62,337 nt of DNA from an uncultured Azospirillaceae bacterium. Lineage in GTDB: Bacteria; Pseudomonadota; Alphaproteobacteria; RF32; CAG-239. Each line of letters begins with the position of its first letter. Position 1 is the stretch's first letter. The position numbers were made by a program, and so were the translations under genes. Location: positions 1 through 62,337 of the forward strand of contig CAYNBB010000003.1 of NCBI GenBank assembly GCA_964395655.1, given 5' to 3'. Under the pieces are notes generated by a model. The model worked only from the letters and a program-made list of their open reading frames with translations. It ran no database searches and had not been told where the DNA came from. Of the stretch, positions 47,891 through 57,593 are shown one piece after another.

Positions 47891-49003
47891 CTATTTTTTT
47901 TCAAGCGCTAATTTATTGAGAAATCTGGTTTGAATTTCGGCGATTTTTTCAATCGATTCGATCACGGCATATTCGCCGTCGGCATGCATGCCTTCGCCGG
48001 TACCCGAATGCATGATCACGGTTGAACCGCGCACGGCAAAGGAACGAGAATCGGTGGCGCCGCCGATGTATTCAAAGCGCAGTTTTTGTCCGAGAATGTC
48101 TTCGGCAAATTTTTTGTATGCCAGAATATGCGGATTGTCCTCGTTCATAACCACCGGTGTGGAAGACGAAACGATCTTGTATTCTGCACCGGGAAGCATT
48201 GCCTTGTCCAGATTGGCGCGGAGCTGTTCGACGCTGCTGGTCTCGGTCAGGCGAAAGTCGCACAGGGCTTCGGCATAATCGGAAATGACGTTGGCCACGT
48301 CGCCCCCGCAGATTTTTGCAAAATGCACGGTATCCACCCATTTGTCGTCGGGAACAAGGCCGGTTTGGGAATAATAAGGATAATCCCGGCGAACGTTTGC
48401 CAGTGTTTGCAGCAAAATTTCATTGGCGTCGATGCCTGCCCAGGGAGTGGAGCCGTGAACGGCACGGCCGTGCGCCGTAATTTTGACAAATACCGGATTT
48501 TTGCATTTGGCAATAATTTCGAGAATATTGCCGCCGACATCATTGTCGAGCACTATTTCGGCACGCATGTCGGGATGCTCGGCCAAAAAGGCCTCAAGTC
48601 CGTGCGAGCCTTTTTCTTCGTCGGAAGAAAGAATGACGCCGAATTTGAGCGGCAGTTTGTGCTCGAGAACATACTCAAGCGAATTGAGTGCCACGGCGGC
48701 AAAAGACTTCATGTCCAGCGTACCGCGGCCGAATATTTTACCGTTTTCGATCCGCGGAACGAACATTTCGTCGGCAGCCGGAACAACGTCGAGATGTCCG
48801 AGAATCAAAACGTCGAAACTCTCACTGTCGGTATTGCGGGCAAAAAATACCGGTGTCGAATTGTCTTTGCGGAAAATATCAATTTTTGCGCCTTTAAGAG
48901 CATCAAGAGATTTTATATAATTCATGCACTTGAGAATTTCCGGAATATTGCCTGTTTCGGTACGGAAGCCGATAAGGCGGGCGGCAGTTTCGAGAATGTT
49001 CAT
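47891..49003 (-). CDS. M20-family metallopeptidase/deacylase (ArgE/DapE-like)
   Basis: ILGHLDVVPA, SSDEEKGS and GGATDSRSF motifs. 370 aa. Confidence 0.78.
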   Translation of the reverse strand: MNILETAARLIGFRTETGNIPEILKCMNYIKSLDALKGAKIDIFRKDNSTPVFFARNTDSESFDVLILGHLDVVPAADEMFVPRIENGKIFGRGTLDMKSFAAVALNSLEYVLEHKLPLKFGVILSSDEEKGSHGLEAFLAEHPDMRAEIVLDNDVGGNILEIIAKCKNPVFVKITAHGRAVHGSTPWAGIDANEILLQTLANVRRDYPYYSQTGLVPDDKWVDTVHFAKICGGDVANVISDYAEALCDFRLTETSSVEQLRANLDKAMLPGAEYKIVSSSTPVVMNEDNPHILAYKKFAEDILGQKLRFEYIGGATDSRSFAVRGSTVIMHSGTGEGMHADGEYAVIESIEKIAEIQTRFLNKLALEKK

Positions 49004-49102
49004 GAAAAATCCTTTTCTTCCTTATATTTTTACAATTTATTCACCTAATTTAGTCATAATATTTCATAAATAAAATAAGAAAAGTTTAAAAAGGGGAACA
49101 AA

Positions 49103-49609
49103 ATGAGAAGCATCCTAACGATTTTGACGGGTCTGATTCTGATTTGCAGCAGCGCCTCGGCGCAGGAAGAAAGCTATAACGGCGAAACCGGTCTGGCGAT
49201 TCCCCGTTTCGTATCGCTGCATTCGGATCGAACCAATGCGCGTTCGGGGCCGGGTTCCCGTTATCCCATAGAGTGGGTATATCTGCAAAAGGGAGCGCCG
49301 GTTGAGGTGATTGCCGAGTTTGAATTATGGCGCAAAATCAAAGATTGGCAGGGTTCAGAGAGCTGGGTGCATAAAATAACGCTGAACGGCAGACGCACGG
49401 TCAAAGTAATTACGCCCGGAGAGAACAATGTCTACGCCAAAGATGATTATCAGTCAAAAGTTATTGCCAGAGTGGAAGACGAAGTTGTCGGAGAAATCAA
49501 AAAATGCCCGCCCAAAAACAATTTCTGCCTGATAAGTTTCGGTAACGTCGAGGGCTGGGTTTCCCGTCAGAATCTTTACGGTATTTATCCTGATGAGATA
49601 GTCGACTAA
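49103..49609 (+). CDS. SH3-like domain protein (DUF1058/COG3807 family), secreted
   Basis: Signal peptide, then LAIPRFVSLHSDRTNARSGPGSRYPIEWVYLQKGAPVEVIAEFELWRKIKDWQGSESWVH. Confidence 0.72.
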   Translation: MRSILTILTGLILICSSASAQEESYNGETGLAIPRFVSLHSDRTNARSGPGSRYPIEWVYLQKGAPVEVIAEFELWRKIKDWQGSESWVHKITLNGRRTVKVITPGENNVYAKDDYQSKVIARVEDEVVGEIKKCPPKNNFCLISFGNVEGWVSRQNLYGIYPDEIVD

Positions 49610-49765
49610 GCAGAAGCCCTGAAATGAAGAACCCTGTTTCCGGCTTCCAAAGGACGGTTGAAAGAAGCGTTGTTTATTGCCGGGTGAAAGAGTTTTTTTA
49701 GAAGCCGTCGTGGCGATTTGCCCTCAAGACAGGCGATAAAAAGATATTAATTAAAAGGGCACAAT

Positions 49766-49819
49766 AAAAGCCCTGCCGTAAACTCTCCGATTTTCAGGAT
49801 GTTCACGGCAGGGCTTTTT
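49766..49819. terminator. Bidirectional hairpin terminator between convergent genes
   Basis: AAAAGCCCTGCCGT, a 25-nt loop, then ACGGCAGGGCTTTTT. A/T runs lie on both sides. Confidence 0.6.
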
Positions 49820-49837
49820 CTGTTCTTGTCAGAATGT

Positions 49838-50935
49838 CTATCTTACGAAAATCTGAACTTCGGAAGAAGTGACATTGCCGGTTTTGGCGGAAAGGTTAAT
49901 TTTATCGGCGCCGACGCCCATATCAATCAGATCCTGAAAGATTTGGGTGGCATTGCTCTTGGCTCCGGCAGAATTGCCGTTGGACGGACTGACGGCAACA
50001 ACGTCAAAAACAACCGAGGGTTTCTTTGCACGGGCGCTGTTAACGGCCTGTTTCAAGCCTTCTTTATATTTGGTTCCGGCTTTGTTGAGTTTGGTCACAA
50101 ACAGCGGACTGCCGCTGCCGACGACGGCTTGCGAAGAAGCACCGAAATGCGAAGCCGCGGCAGATGAACCGCTCAGCGGAACGTTGTTAACGCCGTAGCT
50201 GCCGACTTTGATGGCGGCGGCCAGATTGCCGATGTTGTCACTGGCAGTCGCGACATACTGTTTCTGACGGACAATATCGCTGTTGACTTCGTTCAAAAGG
50301 CTGTTCATGAGAATTGAGGTCTGATTGGCTTCGTTCTCAAGAATACGCAACTGACGATGATCTTCATCCACGGCGCCGGAGATGCTGTAAGATGTACGGA
50401 TGGCATCGACCAGATAGTCGGTGTTGGCGGCGTCGGCCGAAACTTTGGCGGCCAGCTGGCTCAAGGCATTGGTGTTGGCATTCATGACCTGAATATTGTT
50501 CTGAGCACCGTCAAGCATGGCAAACATATTGGGGTTGCCCGGCGTAGTGCCGACCTGCAGCTTGGCTTCAATCATGCCGATGACTTTGTGATACTGAAGG
50601 GCATTATTAATAACCGAAGCGCGAATCTGTTGCAGTTGGGCATTGTTGCTGCGGATGGCGGCCTGAAGCTGCGTCAGCTCGCTGCGAAACATAACGACTT
50701 TCTGACCGACGAAAGTTCCTGTATTGCCGCCTTCGGAAATCTTGACCGGTTCAAAATTGGTCGAGCCGAGACCGGGAACAACGTCTTCGGAGACCTCCGG
50801 CGTTGCGGAAGCGATGTTTTCCTGCTCATCCGAGCCGAACAACGACGGGAACAATGCGTCCGACGAATAAGAGCAGCCGCTCATGACGAACACGGCAAGC
50901 ATCATAAACGATAAGTTTGTTGCTGATTTTGTCAT
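49838..50935 (-). CDS. Hypothetical lipoprotein, about 365 aa
   Basis: Lipobox VFVMSG-C. ATG at 50935 is preceded by AAGGTG. Q/N/A-rich coiled-coil-like middle region. The C-terminal region is of unknown fold. Confidence 0.5.
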   Translation of the reverse strand: MTKSATNLSFMMLAVFVMSGCSYSSDALFPSLFGSDEQENIASATPEVSEDVVPGLGSTNFEPVKISEGGNTGTFVGQKVVMFRSELTQLQAAIRSNNAQLQQIRASVINNALQYHKVIGMIEAKLQVGTTPGNPNMFAMLDGAQNNIQVMNANTNALSQLAAKVSADAANTDYLVDAIRTSYSISGAVDEDHRQLRILENEANQTSILMNSLLNEVNSDIVRQKQYVATASDNIGNLAAAIKVGSYGVNNVPLSGSSAAASHFGASSQAVVGSGSPLFVTKLNKAGTKYKEGLKQAVNSARAKKPSVVFDVVAVSPSNGNSAGAKSNATQIFQDLIDMGVGADKINLSAKTGNVTSSEVQIFVR

Positions 50936-51156
50936 TGAATAAAGCACCTTTTTTGCTAAAAATAGAAACACTTACAGTTTTTACACCTTTAACATTTTTT
51001 GTAAAGGAAATTTTGTAAAAAACAAGCGCTAAGTATGAATCTTTGCGTCACGAAAGGGAGTTTACGGGGAAATAGATTAAAATTCTTTTAAATTATTGTA
51101 ATTTTTTGCTTGCATTTATTTTTAAGGTGCGCTAATAAGATGCTTGCAAAAGCGAT

Positions 51157-51233
51157 GCACTCGTAGCTCAATTGGATAGAGCATCTGACTACGGATCAGA
51201 AGGTTGTGAGTTCGAATCCCGCCGAGTGCGCCA
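51157..51233 (+). tRNA. tRNA-Arg (anticodon ACG), CCA encoded
   Basis: Acceptor stem GCACTCG/CGAGTGC. D-arm TAGCTCAATTGGATAGAGC. Anticodon stem TCTGA/TCAGA with loop CTACGGA. T-arm GTGAGTTCGAATCCCGC. 3' GCCA. Confidence 0.9.
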
Positions 51234-51234
51234 T

Positions 51235-51260
51235 AAAAACCTCCGCAAGGAGGTTTTTTT
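51235..51260 (+). terminator. Rho-independent terminator after tRNA-Arg(ACG)
   Basis: AAAAACCTCC-gcaa-GGAGGTTTTTTT. Confidence 0.8.
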
Positions 51261-51363
51261 GTGGCAAAATGAACGTGCGTCATTATATCGTTTTCATTTT
51301 TCCGTAAAATTTCTCAGGTATCAATTCGAAAATATCATAATGAGAATCAATTGCCGGCAAAAC

Positions 51364-51395
51364 AAAAACGGCAGCCTTTTCAGACTGCCGTTTTT
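51364..51395 (-). terminator. Rho-independent terminator after rpsA
   Basis: The minus strand reads AAAAACGGCAG-tctgaaaagg-CTGCCGTTTTTGTTT. Confidence 0.7.
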
Positions 51396-51435
51396 GTTGA
51401 ACATTAATTGTCCTGTGCGTTAGACGCCCGGACAG

Positions 51436-53088
51436 TTAAGCGTTCTTTTTCAGAGCCGCGCCCAGAGCATCGCCGAGGGCAGAATTGCTGGTATCGGAAG
51501 CGTATTCTTCCAAAGCCTTCTTTTCTTCCTCAATTTCCAATGCCTTGACCGACAAACCGAGCTTGCCGTTCTTCTTGTCGACAGAAGTGACTTTGGCTTC
51601 CAGAACATCGCCGGCATTGTAATTTTCGGGGTTCTGCTGAGCCTTGTCTTTGGACAGGTCGGCCTTTTTGATGTAAGCGGCAACGCCGTTTACTTCAACA
51701 TTGACGCCTTTGTCATCGTTACCTGTGACATTGGCTTTAACGACATCACCTTTTTTGAAGCCGTCCAGAGCGGAAGAAACTGCGTCTTCCGTCAGCTGTT
51801 TGATGCCGAGGCTGATACGTTCTTTTTCAACATCAACGTCAATGATTTTGGCTTCGATTTCCTGACCCTTGGTGTAGTCTTTGACGGCTTCTTCGCCGGC
51901 TTTGTCCCAAGAGATGTCGGACAGGTGGATCATGCCGTCGATTTCATCGGACAAGCCGACAAACAAACCAAATTCGGTAATGTTTTTGATTTTACCGTTA
52001 ATGATTGAACCGACGGGATGCTCTTCAACATAAGCAGCCCAGGGATTCGGGGTGCACTGTTTGATACCGAGGCTGATGCGGCGTTTGTCGGCATCAACTT
52101 CGAGAACCTTAACTTCAACTTCCTGAGAAGTCGAAACGATTTTGCCCGGGTGGACGTTTTTGCGGGTCCAGCTCATTTCGGAAACGTGAACAAGACCTTC
52201 AATGCCGTCTTCAAGCTCGACAAATGCGCCGTAATCGGTAATGTTGGTAACCTTACCGGTGTAAACTTCACCGACGGTGTATTTGTCGGCAACAGCCTGC
52301 CACGGATCGGATTCAAGCTGTTTCATGCCCAGAGAAATGCGCTGGTTGTCTTCGTTAAACTTAACAACCTGAACTTTAACCGTCTGACCGACGGACAAAA
52401 CTTCTGCCGGGTGGTTAATACGTTTCCAGGAGATATCCGTAACGTGCAACAGACCGTCAACGCCGCCCAAATCGATGAATGCGCCGTAATCGGTGATGTT
52501 TTTGACAACACCTTCGAGAACGGAACCTTCTTTGAGGTCGTTAATGAGTTCGGCGCGGGCTTCGGCGCGGGTTTCTTCCAAAACGACGCGGCGCGAAACA
52601 ACGATGTTGCCGCGGACTTTGTCCATTTTCAAAATCTGGAACGGCTGGGTAATGCCCATCAGCGGCGTAATGTCGCGGATCGGACGAATATCAATCTGAG
52701 AGCCGGGCAGAAAAGCGATGGCGCCGTTGAGGTCAACGGTGAAACCGCCTTTGACGCGGCCGAAGATAACGCCGTTGACGCGTTCGCCGGAGTTGAGGCA
52801 TTTTTCAAGATCCTGCCAGGCTTCTTCGCGGCGGGCTTTTTCACGCGACAGAACGATGTTGCCGTCCTTGTCTTCATAACGATCGACATAAACTTCAACC
52901 TGATCGCCGACTTTGAGCTCGGCTTTCTGACCGAATTCACGCAGCGGAATGCGGCCTTCGGATTTAAGTCCGACGTCAACGGTTGCAAAATCGGGCGTCA
53001 GTTTAATAATGGTGCCTTTGACAACCGAACCGGTAATACCGTTGTCGCCCAGCTGTTCTTTGAGCAGGTCTTCAAAATTTTCGGTCAT
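51436..53088 (-). CDS. rpsA: 30S ribosomal protein S1
   Basis: Six S1 repeats (e.g. GSVVKGTIIK, GERVNGVIFGRVKGGFTVDL, GSVLEGVVKNITDYGAFIDLGGVDGLLHVTDISW). The start is uncertain: 53088 (MTENFEDLL) is preferred, 53118 is possible, and the ORF-track 53220 is unlikely. Confidence 0.93.
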   Translation of the reverse strand: MTENFEDLLKEQLGDNGITGSVVKGTIIKLTPDFATVDVGLKSEGRIPLREFGQKAELKVGDQVEVYVDRYEDKDGNIVLSREKARREEAWQDLEKCLNSGERVNGVIFGRVKGGFTVDLNGAIAFLPGSQIDIRPIRDITPLMGITQPFQILKMDKVRGNIVVSRRVVLEETRAEARAELINDLKEGSVLEGVVKNITDYGAFIDLGGVDGLLHVTDISWKRINHPAEVLSVGQTVKVQVVKFNEDNQRISLGMKQLESDPWQAVADKYTVGEVYTGKVTNITDYGAFVELEDGIEGLVHVSEMSWTRKNVHPGKIVSTSQEVEVKVLEVDADKRRISLGIKQCTPNPWAAYVEEHPVGSIINGKIKNITEFGLFVGLSDEIDGMIHLSDISWDKAGEEAVKDYTKGQEIEAKIIDVDVEKERISLGIKQLTEDAVSSALDGFKKGDVVKANVTGNDDKGVNVEVNGVAAYIKKADLSKDKAQQNPENYNAGDVLEAKVTSVDKKNGKLGLSVKALEIEEEKKALEEYASDTSNSALGDALGAALKKNA

Positions 53089-53265
53089 TTCAGGGATTTT
53101 AACTTCTGTGTTAATCATAAATATGAGTATTTCAAAATTGCCTTTTCTCTCGTGGTAAAAAACGGAGCGGACTTGTGCGGGGTTAAATATCTCAAAGCCA
53201 AGCGCACCCTTATGCTTCAAGAGTGCTTCTTTTATACACGCAAATATTTATTTTTCAAGATTTTT

Positions 53266-53913
53266 TTAACGATTCTCGATAATTTCGCAGGCTCTGGCAA
53301 AAACTTCTTCAATCGACAAGTCGGAAGTATCGAAAATAATCGCATCTTTGGCCGGATGGCTGCTCTCTCTTGCAAAGTCGTTTTTGTCGCGGGCGATTGT
53401 CTGTTCAAGAACCTCGGCATAGTTGACGGTTTGTCCTTTTTGCAGATATTCTCTGTAGCGGCGTTCGGCTCTGACTTCCGGCGAGGCGGTTACAAAAAAC
53501 TTGATGTCGGCCTCCGGACAGATAACGGTTCCGGTATCGCGACCGTCATAAATGGCGCCCTTGGCCGGCTTGCCGTCGGCAAATACCGGATTCTTCGAGA
53601 AATCCTGCTGCATTTTCAGCAACGCTTCCCGCACTTCGGGAACGGCAGCAACCGCCGAAGCGGCTTTGCTGCCGGACAGTAAACGAAATTCGGGGTTTTC
53701 GGACAATTTTATCATTCGCGGAAAAGTCAGATTTCGGGCAAAGCGTACGGCGGCGTCAACGTTGCCGAAATCAATTCCTTCGAGCAGCATTTCGATTCCG
53801 ACCGCGCGATAGACCATGCCGGTGTCAAAATAAGCCAGATTATATTTGTCCGCCAGTTTTCCGGCCAGTGTTCCTTTGCCTGCCGCGGCAGGCCCGTCAA
53901 TCGTGATAATCAT
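53266..53913 (-). CDS. cmk: Cytidylate kinase
   Basis: IITIDGPAAAGKGTLAGKLA, YFDTGMVYRA and DGRDTGTV. Confidence 0.92.
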   Translation of the reverse strand: MIITIDGPAAAGKGTLAGKLADKYNLAYFDTGMVYRAVGIEMLLEGIDFGNVDAAVRFARNLTFPRMIKLSENPEFRLLSGSKAASAVAAVPEVREALLKMQQDFSKNPVFADGKPAKGAIYDGRDTGTVICPEADIKFFVTASPEVRAERRYREYLQKGQTVNYAEVLEQTIARDKNDFARESSHPAKDAIIFDTSDLSIEEVFARACEIIENR

Positions 53914-54040
53914 GTCAGATCCAAGAAATTAATCGGTTGTAACTAAAATTTTACTTCTATGAGGTTAACATATTCCATAAAAGCAAGAGAAGAAACCGCA
54001 AATTGGATTTTATGCCAAGAAATTTAGGAAAGCCGGGAGG

Positions 54041-54790
54041 ATGAATCAGCGCTCAAAAAACAAAATCCGCTTATATGTCGATGCCGCTCTGACGCCGGGC
54101 GCCGTTATTGAACTGAATCCTGCGGATTCGCATTATCTTTGCAATGTGATGCGATTGCCTTCGGGTGCCGCGCTGAGCTGTTTTAACGCCGCTTGCGGCG
54201 AGTATGACTGTCGGATTCTCGAAGCAGACAAAAAACATTGCCGCGTAAGCGTGTTTGCGCAGATCAAAAATCCGGTGCCGGTGCCTGACGTTTGGTTGCT
54301 GTTTGCGCCGCTCAAAAAAGATAAAACCGATTTCGTTGTTGAAAAAGCCGTCGAACTCGGCGTGCGGGAGATTGTTCCCGTTATAACTCGGAACACCATT
54401 TCCGAAAAGGTCAAAGTCGAACGTTTTGCCGCACAGGCCAAAGAAGCGGCCGAACAATGCGAGCGCACCGACATTCCCGTTGTTCATGACGCCGTTCGGC
54501 TCGAAAAACTGTTGCGGGAATGGCCGCGGGAAAGGACGCTGTTCTTTTTGGACGAGACTCTGAATGCCGAAGATTGCCTTTCGGCCTTCGGCACGCGCAA
54601 AGGGTGCCCGGCAGCGATTCTTGTCGGTCCGGAAGGCGGATTTTCACCGGAAGAAAGAACCTTGCTCGGTAGCCTGCCGTTTGTCTGCGGGGTGGCGCTG
54701 GGCCCCCGTATTTTGCGGGCAGAGACGGCCGCCTGTGCCGCTTTGTCGGTTTGGCAGGCCGAGGCCGGAGATTGGAATAAAGGAGAATAA
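54041..54790 (+). CDS. rsmE: 16S rRNA (uracil1498-N3)-methyltransferase
   Basis: HYLCNVMRL, LFAPLKKDKTDFVVEKAVELGV, VGPEGGFSPEE and LGPRILRAETA. Confidence 0.88.
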   Translation: MNQRSKNKIRLYVDAALTPGAVIELNPADSHYLCNVMRLPSGAALSCFNAACGEYDCRILEADKKHCRVSVFAQIKNPVPVPDVWLLFAPLKKDKTDFVVEKAVELGVREIVPVITRNTISEKVKVERFAAQAKEAAEQCERTDIPVVHDAVRLEKLLREWPRERTLFFLDETLNAEDCLSAFGTRKGCPAAILVGPEGGFSPEERTLLGSLPFVCGVALGPRILRAETAACAALSVWQAEAGDWNKGE

Positions 54791-54791
54791 C

Positions 54792-55448
54792 ATGAAAGTT
54801 TTGATAGCCGATGATCATGAGCTGTTTCTCAAGGGCTTGGAAATGATTCTCACCGATTCTTTTCCCCAAATGGAACTTTGCCTGGCCAAAGATTATCTCG
54901 AGATTTTCGAAATGATTTCAAAACACGGAGACTTTGATTTGATTCTGACTGACTTGGCCATGCCCGGTGCCAAATGGCTTGAAGCGCTGAAAAGGATTCA
55001 CGACACGTTGCCCGAGACGCCGATTATCATTTTGTCGGCCGTTTTTGATAAAGAAGTCGTGCAAAAAACCATTGAGCTCGGTGCCGCCGGTTATATTCCC
55101 AAAACCTCTTCCAATACCGTTATTGTCGGTGCCGTTAATCTGGTCATGTCGGGCGGCGTCTACATTCCGCCGGAGCTGTTGCAAAACACACAGCGGGATG
55201 AATTCGACTTTTTGAAACAGATTGAAAAAATTCCGTCTTCCGCGGATACCGTCAAAATCCTTTCTCCAAGGCAAATAGACGTTCTTAAGCTGATTGCCCG
55301 GGGACGATCCAATAAACAGATAGCTTATGAACTGGGGCTTACCGAGGGAACGGTCAAACTGCATGTGACCGCCATTTTGAAACTGCTTAACGTTTATAAC
55401 CGTACAGGTGCCGTTGCCGAGGCGCAGCGGCTGGGGATTCTGAAATGA
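54792..55448 (+). CDS. NarL/FixJ-family response regulator (receiver + LuxR-type HTH)
   Basis: MKVLIADDHELF, DLILTDLAMPG and a canonical receiver. The C-terminal LSPRQIDVLKLIARGRSNKQIAYELGLTEGTVKLHV is a LuxR HTH. ATG at 54792 is preceded by AAGGAG. The ORF-track extension back to 54564 overlaps rsmE and is rejected. Confidence 0.88.
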   Translation: MKVLIADDHELFLKGLEMILTDSFPQMELCLAKDYLEIFEMISKHGDFDLILTDLAMPGAKWLEALKRIHDTLPETPIIILSAVFDKEVVQKTIELGAAGYIPKTSSNTVIVGAVNLVMSGGVYIPPELLQNTQRDEFDFLKQIEKIPSSADTVKILSPRQIDVLKLIARGRSNKQIAYELGLTEGTVKLHVTAILKLLNVYNRTGAVAEAQRLGILK

Positions 55449-55789
55449 TTGTCAATCCGCAACAGCTGAATACCTACCTCGGCATTTTCGGCGCCGAGAA
55501 AATGTCGTTTTTGTGGCGCGAGTACCTTGAGCAGTCCGCGCAGGCATGGGACGGCATGGAAAACTTCGACTGGGATGCCCGCCGTTCCAGGTACCACAAC
55601 TGGCGTTCGGGCAGTCTGGTTTTCGGTATGGAGGATTTTGCCGTTCTGTGTACCAGAATTGAGGAAAATATCCTTAAAAGGCGATTTGCGCAATTGCCAA
55701 AGCAGATAAATGAGAGTAAAATTTTATACGAGAAAAGCATCCTGCGGGTAAAGCAGATAATGCAGCAAATGGAGACAGGCCATGAATGA
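55445..55789 (+). CDS. Hpt-like (histidine phosphotransfer) protein, 114 aa
   Basis: RYHNWRSGSLVFGM fits HxxKGxxxxxG with R for K. It is small and predicted helical. ATGA overlap with the upstream regulator. Confidence 0.5.
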   Translation: MIVNPQQLNTYLGIFGAEKMSFLWREYLEQSAQAWDGMENFDWDARRSRYHNWRSGSLVFGMEDFAVLCTRIEENILKRRFAQLPKQINESKILYEKSILRVKQIMQQMETGHE

Positions 55790-56534
55790 GAAGAAAGTTT
55801 CGTCAATTCCGGTTTACAGCAGTTTTGTATACGGCGACCGCTATAACAGCATTACCGCCAGCGAAACGCTCGATACCGCCTTTTCGGCGCGTCTGCGCAC
55901 TTTTTTCCAGTATGACAAGCTGGTTGCCTCCGCGTTGCGCAATATCAAAATGAATCAGAACGTATTGCAAATGGGACTTGTTTTCGGCAATGAAATCGAT
56001 CAGGTTGCCCAGACGGTCGGCGCCTACGGGCAATATGACATTATCGACGTCAATCCGTTTCAGGTTTCCCGCAATCAGGAAAAATACGGATCGGTTTATC
56101 CGTGTCTGCATATCTTTGAGCAGGATGCCGCAACTCTCAAGGTTGAGAAAAAATATGACGTTGTTTTGTGTTTTCTGCTTTTGCAGGAATTGCCCGTCGT
56201 CACGAAGATGAAAGTTGTAAACAATGCGCTCAACGCCGTAAAAGACGGCGGCTGTGCTGTGTTTATCGATTATCATAATCCGCTTTACTGGCACCCGCTG
56301 CGCTATGTCGTACGCATGTATAACCGCCTGCGTCATCCGTTTGCCGAAAAACTGTGGGATCGCGAAATCGATACCTTTGCCAAAAACAAAATCGATTTCG
56401 TCTGGCGCAAAAGCACCTGTTTCGGGCGGATGTTCCAAAAAGTTGTCGCCACGCGCAAAAACGGCATTGGCGAAGTTGCCTCGGCCGAGGCTCAGGATGC
56501 AACGTTGGAAGATTATTTCTTACCTGATTTCTAA
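55782..56534 (+). CDS. Class I SAM-dependent methyltransferase-fold protein, RquA-like (rhodoquinone biosynthesis type)
   Basis: Motif I reads NVLQMGLVFGNEI instead of the canonical hhDhGxGxG, followed by YDIIDVNP, YDVVLCFLLLQELP, GGCAVFIDYHNP..WHPLR and a C-terminal FGRMFQKVVATR. This pattern matches my recollection of RquA, but no search was run. Confidence 0.55.
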   Translation: MNEKKVSSIPVYSSFVYGDRYNSITASETLDTAFSARLRTFFQYDKLVASALRNIKMNQNVLQMGLVFGNEIDQVAQTVGAYGQYDIIDVNPFQVSRNQEKYGSVYPCLHIFEQDAATLKVEKKYDVVLCFLLLQELPVVTKMKVVNNALNAVKDGGCAVFIDYHNPLYWHPLRYVVRMYNRLRHPFAEKLWDREIDTFAKNKIDFVWRKSTCFGRMFQKVVATRKNGIGEVASAEAQDATLEDYFLPDF

Positions 56535-57497
56535 GATTTTTTCGGCGATCTGTTCGGCGCAGTCAAGTCTTTGTGTCGGAACAAAAGACAATGCGTTTTC
56601 CGCTTCCAGTGCGGTGGCGTATCCGCCCTCAAACAAAGACTGAACGAAACGCAGATGTTTCGGGGTGAGCCAGCCGCGGCCGCGGAAGACCAGAACAGGC
56701 TTGCCCGTGCTGCATGCTTCGCTGCACATTGAGACGGTGTCGCCGGTCACGATGTGATTGTCGGCGCAGGCCAGAAAGCCCATATACGGATTTTCTTTTT
56801 GCTCTCCCCACAAATAAGTGTAGGCCGGAACTTCTTTCAGGCATTCCATAATGGCGTTTTGTGCTTCGGTTCCGGTGCGCCGCGAAGTGGTAATCAGAAT
56901 CGAGCCGCCGCATTTGCGCTTAAATTCAAGAATTTCGTGTGCCAGGATGCGGGCGTTTTCGAGACTGAAAGGCTTTCCCTTGATGGCGCCGCCGACGATA
57001 ACCGTTGTCAGCGGTCGTGGCAGAGAGGCAAAAACAGGTTCCCATTTTCCTTTGGCTTCGTTCAAAATCTTAGCGGACGCGCGGTGCGGACAACCGGTGA
57101 TGTAAAAGAAACTGTTCGGAGAGTTTTTTTTGCGGTCATGCTCTGACAAAATCAAAAGCTCAATATCTTTTAATCCGGTCTTTCCGGGATACATTAATTG
57201 GATGATTTTTGTCTTGTTGCCCGACATCTTGCGGATATGCCTCGCTGCCGGGAGAGTTCTGCGGCTGACGGAGAGAACCAGATCCGGGTACTTTTCTCCG
57301 TCGAGCGGAGAACTTTTCTGCCTGTCGATTCCGAGCAGGCTTCTGCCGCGGATGAAGTTGGGCAGGGCGGCGCGACCGGTATAGACGATGTTTTTTTCGA
57401 TGACGGTGATTCTGTCTTGCAGAGCCATGATAATACCTTTGGCCTGACCGACGCTTCCCGTACGGTCGTCAAAGAGAGCCCAGAGAGTTTTTTTCAT
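56520..57497 (-). CDS. ELM1/DUF1022-family protein (predicted glycosyltransferase-like)
   Basis: LWALFDDRTGSVGQAKGIIMAL N-terminus, size of 325 aa, and TTSRRT and VTGDTVSM-like motifs typical of the alphaproteobacterial ELM1 family. Confidence 0.7.
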   Translation of the reverse strand: MKKTLWALFDDRTGSVGQAKGIIMALQDRITVIEKNIVYTGRAALPNFIRGRSLLGIDRQKSSPLDGEKYPDLVLSVSRRTLPAARHIRKMSGNKTKIIQLMYPGKTGLKDIELLILSEHDRKKNSPNSFFYITGCPHRASAKILNEAKGKWEPVFASLPRPLTTVIVGGAIKGKPFSLENARILAHEILEFKRKCGGSILITTSRRTGTEAQNAIMECLKEVPAYTYLWGEQKENPYMGFLACADNHIVTGDTVSMCSEACSTGKPVLVFRGRGWLTPKHLRFVQSLFEGGYATALEAENALSFVPTQRLDCAEQIAEKILEIR

Positions 57498-57593
57498 GTT
57501 TAATAACTTTCAAAAAGTCGTGGCTAATCGATTCTAATGCTTGTAGTATATTATTTATTAACATTAAAACAACCTTTTTGTCGGAGGTTCCCC

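Noticed and set aside
54792-55789. Detocs-like defensive two-component system (kinase + buffer + effector regulator)
   Set aside because: No sensor kinase is present. The regulator carries an ordinary LuxR HTH output rather than an enzymatic effector. The phosphorylase-like gene at 60.2 kb is unlinked and has no receiver domain.
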